From PVC group bacterium (GTDB lineage Bacteria > Omnitrophota > Gorgyraeia > B26-G9): 64,000 bases of DNA. This document shows, in pieces, positions 27,387-37,044 of the stretch. The notes beneath the pieces are model-generated. The model did not search any database. It worked only from the letters and a program-made list of their open reading frames with translations, and was not told the origin of the DNA. Every line of letters starts with the position of its first letter. Position 1 is the first letter of the stretch. The DNA lies in the NCBI GenBank assembly GCA_024231215.1, contig JAAEQR010000072.1:513210-577209 (forward strand). Direction: 5' to 3'. The position numbers and the translations under genes were made by a program.

Positions 27387-28586
27387 ATGAGACAATCGAT
27401 ATTCATGTTCATAGTTGTAGTTATGCTTATCATCGGTATTGGATGGTGGGGAGTGAATAAAGGCGGATGGTTTCAGGATAAGGGTATTTTAGAAAAAGCT
27501 GAAAGTGCGTTGGAATCAGAAGGAGAGGCCCCCCAAAGCGAAGAAAAGCCTGAAAAAGAAAAAGGTTTTATTAGTCAGAGGGGACTGGCAATTAAGGCTT
27601 ATAAGATTTCCCGATCTACATTTGAAGATTTTTTGCCGGCAATGGGATCAATTAAAGGTGATATAACCAGAAAATTGAATTTTGAAGCTCCAGGAATAGT
27701 GGAAGAAATCAATTTCCGGGAAGGTGATTTAGTTAAAGAGGATCAGCTTGTGAGCCGGTTAAAACAAGATGAAGCAAAATTAAAAATTGAATATAATCAG
27801 GCAAAACTGAAATCAGCAATGGTTGGTCTTTCTCAGGCAGAAAAAAAGGTAAAACTACATAGGGAATTGTTTGATATTGGTGCAATAACCAAATTAAAAT
27901 TATCTGAGGTTGAGGCTGAAGCCGGGAATGCGCAGCATCAGGTGGAAGCGGCTCAGGTGGAAATTTCTTCGGCAAAAGAAGAAATGAAAAAGACAGAAAT
28001 GTATGCGCCGAAAGATTGTATTATAAGTGAAAGAAATATTGAAATAGGAGAGCTGGTTACGCCTTATACTCAGGCGGCAATTGAGGTGATAGAAATCGGT
28101 ACGGTTTATGCCGAAGTTGGGATTGTGGAACGAGATATTACAAAAGTTAAGATCGGTCAGTTAGCGCGTATTTATGTTGATGCATATCCGGAAATAGCAT
28201 TTGACGGTATTGTTGATAATGTCTATCCGAAATTATCGGAAAAGACGCGTACCTTGCCTTTGGATATAAAAATCGATAATTCAAGACGAATGCTTATGCC
28301 GGGTATGTTTTCCCGGGCAGATATAGTTCTTTTTGAAAAGCCTGGAGTAATCAGTATTCCTAGGATTGGAATTAAAAAAGGTGAAGATGTTTCTGTTGTA
28401 TATGTAGTGGATCAAACGGAAAATATTACTGTAGAGAGATTGGTAGAAACAGGTTATGAATCTACCGATTATATAGAAATAACAAAGGGGCTTAAAGAGG
28501 GCGATCTTGTAGCTATTTCTAATGTAGAAGGCCTAACTTCCGGAACCCCTATCCAGGTAACCGAAATCCAGATTAGGGAAATGTAA
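27387..28586 (+). CDS. RND efflux periplasmic adaptor (membrane fusion protein, HlyD/AcrA family)
   Basis: N-terminal transmembrane segment, a coiled-coil hairpin, and lipoyl and beta-barrel domains. Confidence 0.85.
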   Translation: MRQSIFMFIVVVMLIIGIGWWGVNKGGWFQDKGILEKAESALESEGEAPQSEEKPEKEKGFISQRGLAIKAYKISRSTFEDFLPAMGSIKGDITRKLNFEAPGIVEEINFREGDLVKEDQLVSRLKQDEAKLKIEYNQAKLKSAMVGLSQAEKKVKLHRELFDIGAITKLKLSEVEAEAGNAQHQVEAAQVEISSAKEEMKKTEMYAPKDCIISERNIEIGELVTPYTQAAIEVIEIGTVYAEVGIVERDITKVKIGQLARIYVDAYPEIAFDGIVDNVYPKLSEKTRTLPLDIKIDNSRRMLMPGMFSRADIVLFEKPGVISIPRIGIKKGEDVSVVYVVDQTENITVERLVETGYESTDYIEITKGLKEGDLVAISNVEGLTSGTPIQVTEIQIREM

Positions 28587-28615
28587 TGCAAGAAATGAAT
28601 GTTAATTATAATGTT

Positions 28616-28650
<35 letters not shown>

Positions 28651-31600
28651 ATGAATCTTCCTGAATTTTCAGTAAAAAGACCAGTTACAATTTTGATGTT
28701 TGCCGCGGCTATTGTTCTCTTAGGTGTTATCTCCTGGACGCGATTGCCGCAAGAACTTTTCCCGCCTATAACATATCCCCAAATTACCGTGGTAACTTCT
28801 TATGAAAATGCTGCGCCCGAAGAGATAGAAGCATTGCTAACTCGTCCGATTGAAGAGTCGGTTAGTGCTGCATCGAATATCCGTAATGTAAGTTCTAATT
28901 CTCGGGAAGGGACGAGTATTGTTATCTGCGAATTCAATTGGGGTACGAATATGGATTTCGCGGCATTGAATGTAAGGGAAAAGATAGACTTGATCAAAGA
29001 GAAACTTCCGCGTGATGCCGAAGAACCAATTGTAATGAAGTATAACCCCTTTGATACACCGATCATGATTCTTAGTGTTACGGGAGAGAGTACTTATTTT
29101 ACTCCGCATGAATTAAGAGAAACCGCTCGCCGGGTAATTAAAGACGAAGTAGAGAAAATTGACGGTGTGGCTCAGGTTGTTTTAACCGGAGGACGAGAAC
29201 GGGAGATTGTGGTTGATCTTAATCAGGAGCGTCTACGTGCTTTCCGTGTTTCAATCATGGATATAATCGAACTGCTTAAGCAGGCAAACTTGAATTATCC
29301 AGCCGGAACCATAGAGACATCTTTCTATGAATATCTTGTCAGGACTATCGGAGAATTTAAAACTGTTTCGGAGATGGATGATGTTCCATTACTGGTTAAA
29401 GAACAGACACGTGAAGAAGAATATTCACAAAAACAAAAGCTTACCGAGGAGGAAAAGGAAAGAAAGAAGAGGGTTATCTATCTTCGGCAGTTGGGTGTAG
29501 TTAGAGATACTTTAAAGGAACAAACCAGTATTTCCCGGTATAACGGGAAGGATAATATTTCTTTATCAGTTCAGAGGCAAGCAGGATCTAATACGCTTGC
29601 GGTTAATAAAAAGATTTATGCCAGATTGGATGAGTTGCGCAAAACACTTCCACAGGAATTAACGATAAAAGTTGTTTATGATCAATCGATATTTATTTCT
29701 CAATCTATAAATCAGCTGCGTGATAATGCTTTGCAGGGGGGAGCCCTTGCGTTTTTGATCTTACTTTTATTCTTGCGTAATATTCGTAGTGCAGTTGTCG
29801 TCACAATCGGAATTCCTATTTCGATTTTGTTCACTTTGATTTTAATGTTTTTTAATAAACTATCATTAAATATGATGTCTTTAGGCGGTTTGGCCTTAGG
29901 TGTCGGGATGTTGGTTGATAACGGTATTGTCGTAATAGAAAATATATATAGACACTTACAAAAGCAGAAAGATATAAAGACGGCTTCGGTGGAAGCTTCC
30001 AATGAGGTGTTTAGTGCAATAATTGGTTCTACTTTAACAACAATCGCTGTTTTTCTTCCATTGGTGTTTGTAAGCGGAATCGCGGGACAATTATTTCGTG
30101 AGTTAGCGTTAACGGTTACTTTTTCTTTGGTTGCTTCTGTCCTGATCGCGATTAGTTTAACTCCGATGTTTATGTCTCGTGGTACAAACTCAGATAATAT
30201 GAAGGTAAGTGATGATGAAAAAATTATTGCTGATAAAAAGAAAAAGGTGGGAACTAATAGCCGTTTTAAAGGAGCTGGCTCCTGGGGTATTGTCTTTGGT
30301 ATTTTAGCAGTAACAATCTTGATTGCTACTTTTAGTATAAGATTATTTTTTTCTTTAGATCAGGAATTTCTCCCAAAATTAGATCAACGTCAGTTTATTA
30401 TAAAATTTAATATGCCGGCGGGAACTAATTTAAAAACTACAAATCGTGCTGTGAAGAGGGTAGAAGATGTTATCCTGGGTTTTTCTGCGGTCAAAGATGT
30501 TACTGTGAATCTGGGTTCAAGTAAAGAATCTAAGTTAGCCGGAGCAGTAGAAGTCCTTGGTGCGCATCAGGCAAATATTATTGTTAATATACGGTCTTTG
30601 CCTGTGCACGGGATAGTTGATTTATTTAAAGAATTAACCCCGGAAGAAGAAAGTTATAATATTTCCACGCGTGAACTTGTACAGCAGGTAAAGAAGGCCT
30701 TAGAAGAGATTGGCATGCAGGAGGCGGAACTGGAATATGTTTTACAAGAAAGTGTTTTCAAGTCTGTTTTTGCCGGCAATGCTCCGTTGGTTATTGTACT
30801 TAAAGGATTTGAGCTGGAGAATATATTAATTCCTGCGGCAGAAGAGATAAAAAAGCAGTTAACTGAAATTGAAGGAGTATATGGTATAAAAGACAGTTTA
30901 AGTCCTCCTAGTCCGGAAGTAAAGATAATTGTGCGCAAGGATAGAGCTGCATTATATCAACTTAGTGTTAATCAGGTGGCTTCGGTGGCACAGGCTGGAA
31001 TTAGAGGTTATGTGGCTACAAAGTTTAAAGAAGAAGGTCGTGAAATAGACGTTCGTGTACGCTTAAGAGAAGATGATAGAGGAAACTTTAATAAGATAAG
31101 TAAATTGTTTATTCATTCTCCGGTAGGTGTAGATGTGCTTTTAGAACAGGTGGCTTATTTAGCTAAAGGGTTTGGTCCGACTGAAATTAAACGGGAAGGA
31201 AAACAGCGTGTAATATTTGTTAGTGCTAACTTGTACAAACGGGCTTTAAACGATGTCGTAGATGAAGTCGAAGAAATTATTGTCGGAATAAAGGACCAAC
31301 TGCCTCATAATTATAGTGTGGAAATTGGCGGTGAAAATAAAGAGATGATGGAATCTTTTGACAGCCTGAAACTAGCGTTTATTTTAGCGTTGGTTCTTGT
31401 TTATATGATTATGGCTTCGGAATTTGAATCTTTGATCCAGCCGTTTATTATTATGTTTACCGTGCCGTTATCTTTAATCGGGGTAAGCTGGACTTTGTAT
31501 TTGACAAAAACTCCGTTAAGTGTAGTGGTTGTTCTGGGGCTTATTATGCTGGGAGGGATTGTTGTAAATAATGGAATTCTTTTAATTGATTTTATGAACT

Positions 31601-32247
31601 TAGCGCGTAAGCAGGGAATGGGAATTTTTGACGCCGCGTTTAATGCCAGTATGGCGCGTGCCAGACCGATTTTAATGACTTCGCTTACGACAATTTTTGG
31701 TCTTTTACCATTAGCCTTTGCCTTAGGGGAAGGTGCTGAGTTGCGTGCTCCCATGGCTAGAACTGTAATGGGAGGTCTTTCAACAGCTGCTTTTTTAACG
31801 TTGTTTGTAGTTCCATGTGTATATATTATATTAGAGACGATAAAGGATAATATTCAGTTGATATTATTTCCTACCAAAGAAAAGAAAGAGGAGATTGTTC
31901 TTATGAAACCAAAAACATCGATTATTGAGGAAATCGATGTTTTTTCTCATAAAATAGCAAAAAAGAAAAAAGCTCCCTTACAGCCTTCATCGGAAGAGCA
32001 AATAAAACCGTCTTTGAAAAAAGAAGTTACCGATATCCATAAGGTTTTAAACCAGAGGCAGACGGCAGTACTAGACTATATTCGGAGTCAGGGAAAAATT
32101 ACTCGTTTAGAATATGTGGTAAAGTTTAAAGTGCCGTTGCCGGTTGCTGATAAAGAGCTGGAAGAACTCGTAAACAATAAACTGCTTAGGTCTTCCGGAG
32201 AAGGTTCTAATAAGGTATATGTAATAGCAAAAAACGAGGAAGCTTAA
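28651..32247 (+). CDS. RND efflux permease (AcrB/HAE1-like) with a C-terminal cytoplasmic extension of about 130 aa containing a winged-helix-like segment
   Basis: 12-transmembrane RND architecture. The tail ...NQRQTAVLDYIRSQGKITRLEYVVKFKVPLPVADKELEELVNNKLLRSSGEGSNKVYV looks like a wHTH fold. Confidence 0.85.
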   Translation: MNLPEFSVKRPVTILMFAAAIVLLGVISWTRLPQELFPPITYPQITVVTSYENAAPEEIEALLTRPIEESVSAASNIRNVSSNSREGTSIVICEFNWGTNMDFAALNVREKIDLIKEKLPRDAEEPIVMKYNPFDTPIMILSVTGESTYFTPHELRETARRVIKDEVEKIDGVAQVVLTGGREREIVVDLNQERLRAFRVSIMDIIELLKQANLNYPAGTIETSFYEYLVRTIGEFKTVSEMDDVPLLVKEQTREEEYSQKQKLTEEEKERKKRVIYLRQLGVVRDTLKEQTSISRYNGKDNISLSVQRQAGSNTLAVNKKIYARLDELRKTLPQELTIKVVYDQSIFISQSINQLRDNALQGGALAFLILLLFLRNIRSAVVVTIGIPISILFTLILMFFNKLSLNMMSLGGLALGVGMLVDNGIVVIENIYRHLQKQKDIKTASVEASNEVFSAIIGSTLTTIAVFLPLVFVSGIAGQLFRELALTVTFSLVASVLIAISLTPMFMSRGTNSDNMKVSDDEKIIADKKKKVGTNSRFKGAGSWGIVFGILAVTILIATFSIRLFFSLDQEFLPKLDQRQFIIKFNMPAGTNLKTTNRAVKRVEDVILGFSAVKDVTVNLGSSKESKLAGAVEVLGAHQANIIVNIRSLPVHGIVDLFKELTPEEESYNISTRELVQQVKKALEEIGMQEAELEYVLQESVFKSVFAGNAPLVIVLKGFELENILIPAAEEIKKQLTEIEGVYGIKDSLSPPSPEVKIIVRKDRAALYQLSVNQVASVAQAGIRGYVATKFKEEGREIDVRVRLREDDRGNFNKISKLFIHSPVGVDVLLEQVAYLAKGFGPTEIKREGKQRVIFVSANLYKRALNDVVDEVEEIIVGIKDQLPHNYSVEIGGENKEMMESFDSLKLAFILALVLVYMIMASEFESLIQPFIIMFTVPLSLIGVSWTLYLTKTPLSVVVVLGLIMLGGIVVNNGILLIDFMNLARKQGMGIFDAAFNASMARARPILMTSLTTIFGLLPLAFALGEGAELRAPMARTVMGGLSTAAFLTLFVVPCVYIILETIKDNIQLILFPTKEKKEEIVLMKPKTSIIEEIDVFSHKIAKKKKAPLQPSSEEQIKPSLKKEVTDIHKVLNQRQTAVLDYIRSQGKITRLEYVVKFKVPLPVADKELEELVNNKLLRSSGEGSNKVYVIAKNEEA

Positions 32248-32248
32248 A

Positions 32249-35200
32249 ATGAGCCTGCCGCGCTATTCTATTAACAAGCCAATAACCATCCTCATGATAT
32301 TTATAGGTATTTTAATCTTGGGATATGTTGCTTTGCAGCAGCTGCCTGTGGAATTGATGCCGAATACGAGTTTTGGTAATGTTACTATTTTTATTAATGT
32401 GCGTGGAGGGATTCCTCCGGTTGAAATTGAACAGCGGATTACCCGTCCTATAGAAGAATCTGTATCTTCTGTAAGTCATATAAAAAGTATCGAATCTACC
32501 TCGGAAGAGGCAAGTGCTACTGTAGTTATCAAATTTGAACCCGGGACAAATATGGATTTTGCTGCTTTAGAAGTCCGGGAAAAATTTGCCCGAATAAAAA
32601 ATGACCTACCCAAAGAAATAGAAAAACCGGTAATTGCCAAATATGAATATTCCGATGTTCCGGTAATGATTTTAGCTATGACCGGAGGGAAACGATATAC
32701 TCCGGAAATTCTGGGAAAGATAGTTGATGAAAGCTTAAAATCCCGGTTAGAACGTATTAACGGAGTAGCAGATGTAGAGATCGGAGGCAGAAGAGAAAGA
32801 AAAATATTAGTTGAGATTGTCCAAGCGAAACTTGATGCTTATAATCTACCGATATCTAAAGTAGTTAATGTCTTAGGGGCTAACAACCTTAATCTATTAG
32901 CAGGTGATGTAGAAAGACAAAATGATAAATTTCTGGCTAGAATTATCGGAGAGTTTAAAGAAGTAAAAGATATCGAAAACATAGGCATCTCTTCTACAAA
33001 AAGCGGTACTATTATCAGATTAAAGGATTTTGCAGAGGTCCGGGATTCTTATCTGGAGGCAACAAGTTATTCGCGGACCAATCTTGCTCCGACGGTATCG
33101 GTTTATGTGCAAAAAGAAAGTATGGCTAATACTTTGCGTGTAACAGATGGTATCGTTAAAGAAATAAAAAGTTTCGAGAAAGATGAAGATCTGGCTCGCC
33201 GGGGTATACGGCTTGTTCCGGTTTACAATCAGGGGGATTTTATCCGTAAGGCGATCAAGGATGTACAGAGTTCTCTATTGTTCGGGGCTTTTCTTGCGGT
33301 GTTTGTGCTTTGGTTGTTTTTAAGAGATTTGAGTTCTACTGTTACGGTTAGTGTGGCTATACCCACTGCAATTATTTGCACTTTTATTTTGATGTATCTT
33401 CAAAAGCTTACGGTAAATGTAATGACTTTAAGCGGATTAGCTTTGGGCAGCGGGATGCTTGTCGATAATGCTATTGTTGTATTAGATAATATAGCTAAGA
33501 AACGGCAGAGTGGAATTGATAAGAAAGAGGCTGTTATTACGGGTGCCGAAGAAATGTGGTTGGCTATTTTCGCATCTACACTGACGACGATCATTGTATT
33601 TTTGCCGTTTATATTTGTAAATAAAGAAATACGGCTCATGTATCAGGGGCTGGCAATAACCATAGTCTATGCTTTATTGGCCAGTTTATTTGTGGCGGTT
33701 ACTTTAGTGCCTGTTTTATGTTTTAGGTTTTCGCCAAAAAAGCAGAAGCCAGAGGAAGAGTGGAAGCAAGACCAGTATTTATTTCAGGAAGTAGATCGTA
33801 AGTATGAAGAAGAACATGGGAACAAACAGAAGTTTAAAGGTGTATTTCAAAAGATACAAAAGACTTATCGGTATGTTCTAACCAGGGTGCTGAGATTTAG
33901 AATATATTTAGTATTGGCTGTATTTTGTATTTTTGGTATCTCGATTTATGTATTTTCAGAAAAATTAGGTATGGAGTTTTTGGGGAAGACAGAGGAAAAT
34001 GAATTTACGATATTTGTGGAATTGCCGACTGGAGCAAAACTCGAGATTTCAGATCAGGTAGTAAGACAGGTGGAACTTATTTTAAAAGAGGTAAGGGAAA
34101 TAAAAACGGTATCCAGCCGTATAAAACCATGGTCTAACCGGATATTTGTAAAGCTTATTCCTTTATCTCAGCGGGAACGTTCGAATCGTGAGGTTATTAA
34201 TGATTTACGAGATAAGGTGAAGGAGATTCCTAATGCTTTTATTTATTTTGAAGAACCACAAAGTATGGCGGCTAAAGAGCTGTTTATTGAATTGTATGGT
34301 TACGATTATAATACGCTAAGGCAGGTAGCGATTAATATCTCTAAGAGGGTAGGTCAGATCCAGGGATTAGTGGATGTAAAAATAAGAATGAGGGAGAAGA
34401 GACCGGAGTTATTAGCGGAAATAGATAAGGACAAGGCGGTTAAATGGGGTTTAAGTGTTTCCTCGATCTCCGATACAATACATGCTAAGATGCGTGGACT
34501 TGTGGCTACGCGTTATCATTCTGAGGCTAAGGAAGTGGAAACAATTGCGCGCTTGCGTCGGGAAGATCGTAAAACTTTTGATGACGTGCATAAACTCACT
34601 TTAGTTTCAGATGAGGGAGATCTTTTATTTCTTGAACAGATTGCTCAGTTTAAACCGGGCGAGGGACCAACTGAAATATGGCGTAAAAATAAACAGCGTA
34701 TGATAGAAGTAAGCGCAACAATGGCTACAGGGGATCTTGGCGTAAACGTGGAAAAAGTGCGTGAAAGTTTAAAGGATATGAAACTGCCAAAGAACTATTA
34801 TTATCGTTTTGGCGGTGATTATGAGAAGATGATTCGGGGTAAAAAAGAATTAGTGTTTGTGGTCTGGGTTACTTTAGCGTTGATTTATATGGTATTAGCT
34901 TCACTATTTGCTTCTTATATCCAGCCGCTGGTTATCTTATCGTCTGTGCCTTTGGCTTTGATTGGAGTTAGCACGGCATTATTTATTTTTAAAAAGCCGA
35001 AAAGTGTTTCTGTGTTTATTGGCATTATTATGCTTGCCGGTATTGTTGTTAATAATGCGATTATTCTTGTTGATAGAATAAACTATTTTATAAATTTAAA
35101 AAAGACAAATCGGTTTAAAGCAGCAATTTTAGCTGGTACGGATAGATTGCGGCCAATTATGATGACTTCTTTTACCACTTTGTTTGGACTTCTGCCAATG

Positions 35201-35413
35201 GCTCTTGATCGTTCAGAAGGGGCAGGATTATGGGCGCCACTGGCGATTACTGTCTTAGGCGGAATGTCTGTTTCTACGATTTTCACTCTTTTTTTAGTTC
35301 CCAGCATATATCTACTGTTTACGGATGTAACGTCTATGTTTAAACCTAAACCTAAAAAGGTGTATGAATATGATTGGAAAGGGTTTGAAAATGTTTCAGA
35401 TGTTGTTAAGTAG
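32249..35413 (+). CDS. Second RND efflux permease (AcrB family), in tandem with the first
   Basis: Paralogous 12-transmembrane RND protein. The arrangement resembles MdtBC-type heteromeric pumps. Confidence 0.9.
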   Translation: MSLPRYSINKPITILMIFIGILILGYVALQQLPVELMPNTSFGNVTIFINVRGGIPPVEIEQRITRPIEESVSSVSHIKSIESTSEEASATVVIKFEPGTNMDFAALEVREKFARIKNDLPKEIEKPVIAKYEYSDVPVMILAMTGGKRYTPEILGKIVDESLKSRLERINGVADVEIGGRRERKILVEIVQAKLDAYNLPISKVVNVLGANNLNLLAGDVERQNDKFLARIIGEFKEVKDIENIGISSTKSGTIIRLKDFAEVRDSYLEATSYSRTNLAPTVSVYVQKESMANTLRVTDGIVKEIKSFEKDEDLARRGIRLVPVYNQGDFIRKAIKDVQSSLLFGAFLAVFVLWLFLRDLSSTVTVSVAIPTAIICTFILMYLQKLTVNVMTLSGLALGSGMLVDNAIVVLDNIAKKRQSGIDKKEAVITGAEEMWLAIFASTLTTIIVFLPFIFVNKEIRLMYQGLAITIVYALLASLFVAVTLVPVLCFRFSPKKQKPEEEWKQDQYLFQEVDRKYEEEHGNKQKFKGVFQKIQKTYRYVLTRVLRFRIYLVLAVFCIFGISIYVFSEKLGMEFLGKTEENEFTIFVELPTGAKLEISDQVVRQVELILKEVREIKTVSSRIKPWSNRIFVKLIPLSQRERSNREVINDLRDKVKEIPNAFIYFEEPQSMAAKELFIELYGYDYNTLRQVAINISKRVGQIQGLVDVKIRMREKRPELLAEIDKDKAVKWGLSVSSISDTIHAKMRGLVATRYHSEAKEVETIARLRREDRKTFDDVHKLTLVSDEGDLLFLEQIAQFKPGEGPTEIWRKNKQRMIEVSATMATGDLGVNVEKVRESLKDMKLPKNYYYRFGGDYEKMIRGKKELVFVVWVTLALIYMVLASLFASYIQPLVILSSVPLALIGVSTALFIFKKPKSVSVFIGIIMLAGIVVNNAIILVDRINYFINLKKTNRFKAAILAGTDRLRPIMMTSFTTLFGLLPMALDRSEGAGLWAPLAITVLGGMSVSTIFTLFLVPSIYLLFTDVTSMFKPKPKKVYEYDWKGFENVSDVVK

Positions 35414-35449
35414 ATATTGCTATAACAAATTTTTGTTTAGGAGGATAGA

Positions 35450-36070
35450 ATGAGAAATAAGTTTTTTAGGATAGGGATGATTATACTATTGTTATCAGGA
35501 ATAAACAATGTTTGTGCGCAAGAAAAAAAAGGACCACCGCCGCCGCCACCGGAGACTAAAGATATTGCGCCGGAAGAAAAAATTCCTCAGCTTGTAGAGA
35601 TGGTTTCCCGGGATGAAGAAGAGGTGCTTCAGTATATAGAGGCTAATGACCCGGAAGGGTTAAAAGATATTGCACAGCTTAAACAGGAAAATCCTAAGCA
35701 ATATCAGAATCTTATTAAAGAAAGACTGCGTATTATCCGGATGTTGAATAAAGCAAAAGCTATAGATCCTGAGCAATATGAACAGCTTAAGAGGCTCGAA
35801 GCTCTGGAAATTAAGATGCATCGATTGGCCAAGAGTTATAAAGACAGCACAGAATCAGAAAAAAAACAGGAAGTAAAAGTTGAGCTTACTGCATGTTTAA
35901 ATGAAATGTTTGATATAAAACAGCAAAAAGGTACCGCAGAAGTTGTAAAATTAGAACAAAGGCTAAATAAGTTAAAAAGTTATATTCAAAAGCGTTTAGA
36001 TAATAAAGAGAGTATTGTAGGGCGTAAGTTAGAAGAGCTTCTCGGCCAAGCTGAAGGATTAGGTTGGTAA
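35450..36070 (+). CDS. Periplasmic coiled-coil protein with a signal peptide and a poly-proline stretch; function unknown
   Basis: Signal peptide, a PPPPPP stretch and helical heptads. Confidence 0.45.
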   Translation: MRNKFFRIGMIILLLSGINNVCAQEKKGPPPPPPETKDIAPEEKIPQLVEMVSRDEEEVLQYIEANDPEGLKDIAQLKQENPKQYQNLIKERLRIIRMLNKAKAIDPEQYEQLKRLEALEIKMHRLAKSYKDSTESEKKQEVKVELTACLNEMFDIKQQKGTAEVVKLEQRLNKLKSYIQKRLDNKESIVGRKLEELLGQAEGLGW

Positions 36071-36093
36071 GATAAAACAAGGTGCAGTATAAA

Positions 36094-36122
36094 TTGATTT
36101 TGTTTAGTGTAAGTAGTATAAT
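36094..36122 (+). promoter_or_regulatory. Promoter TTGATT-N17-TATAAT
   Basis: Hexamers read from the sequence. Confidence 0.45.
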
Positions 36123-36166
36123 AGACTATAACTTATAGCAATTAAAGTTATCTTAAGGAGACGAAA

Positions 36167-36934
36167 ATGAGGAAAATAGGACTGATCGGATTAATATTAA
36201 CGGTGATCTTGTGTGTTTCGAATGCTTATGCTGCGTCGGTTGACATTCCATATTGTCTTAAAGCGATGACTCCGGATAAATCATCAGATAGTAAGATCTC
36301 TGTGTGTGCAGAATATGATTCTGTTGCAGAACATAGGATGAAATCTAATAATAAGACAGAAGCAAAAGGTACATTTTCTAATTTAAAATGGATTTATTCA
36401 ACTGACTACGCTATTGATTTTTACGCTATGTTTGGATATGCTAACGGTCTTGAATATGGTAATGCCAGTATGAAGTTTGATCTCGAGGATGATTGGGCCT
36501 GGGGTTTGGGTACAAACATGGTTATTTTTATTGATGAATTGGAAGACCTGGGGATGTGGCCGTTTTTCGATTTTAAATATCGTAAAATAGATAATATAGA
36601 TTATAAATCAATTACTGCAGGTGGTATTACTTACGAGAAGGGTGAGTTAAGTCGTATTTCTGCAGCCAAGTGGGCAGAGTGGCAGCTGGCTTTAGGAATG
36701 ATTAAAAATCTTGATCCATGTGTTTTTTATTTTGGTCTTAAATATTGTGATGCGCAGGTATCGGCAAAGGCTACAGCTGGTGGTACTGTACGTGAAATAA
36801 GTAAAACAAAGGGTCAGAATTTGGTCGGTATATTTTTAGGTATAGAAATTCCTACGGAAAAAATAAAGGTAGGGATAGAGACCCGTTTTATAGATGAAAA
36901 AGCAATAAGTGTGAAAGCTACCTATAAATTTTAA
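36167..36934 (+). CDS. Putative outer-membrane beta-barrel protein
   Basis: Signal peptide, alternating aromatic beta-strand pattern, and the C-terminal motif ...ATYKF ending in phenylalanine. Confidence 0.45.
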   Translation: MRKIGLIGLILTVILCVSNAYAASVDIPYCLKAMTPDKSSDSKISVCAEYDSVAEHRMKSNNKTEAKGTFSNLKWIYSTDYAIDFYAMFGYANGLEYGNASMKFDLEDDWAWGLGTNMVIFIDELEDLGMWPFFDFKYRKIDNIDYKSITAGGITYEKGELSRISAAKWAEWQLALGMIKNLDPCVFYFGLKYCDAQVSAKATAGGTVREISKTKGQNLVGIFLGIEIPTEKIKVGIETRFIDEKAISVKATYKF

Positions 36935-36938
36935 TGGT

Positions 36939-36966
36939 TTGACTGGCTCACCATAGTATGTATAAT
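36939..36966 (+). promoter_or_regulatory. Promoter TTGACT-N16-TATAAT upstream of the addA-like gene
   Basis: Hexamers read from the sequence. Confidence 0.45.
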
Positions 36967-37044
36967 TTGGATTTTGTTTGTTATAAATATATTTTTTGAA
37001 TAATAGAATTTTAACATCTCACAGATGCATAATAAGCTGTTCTT

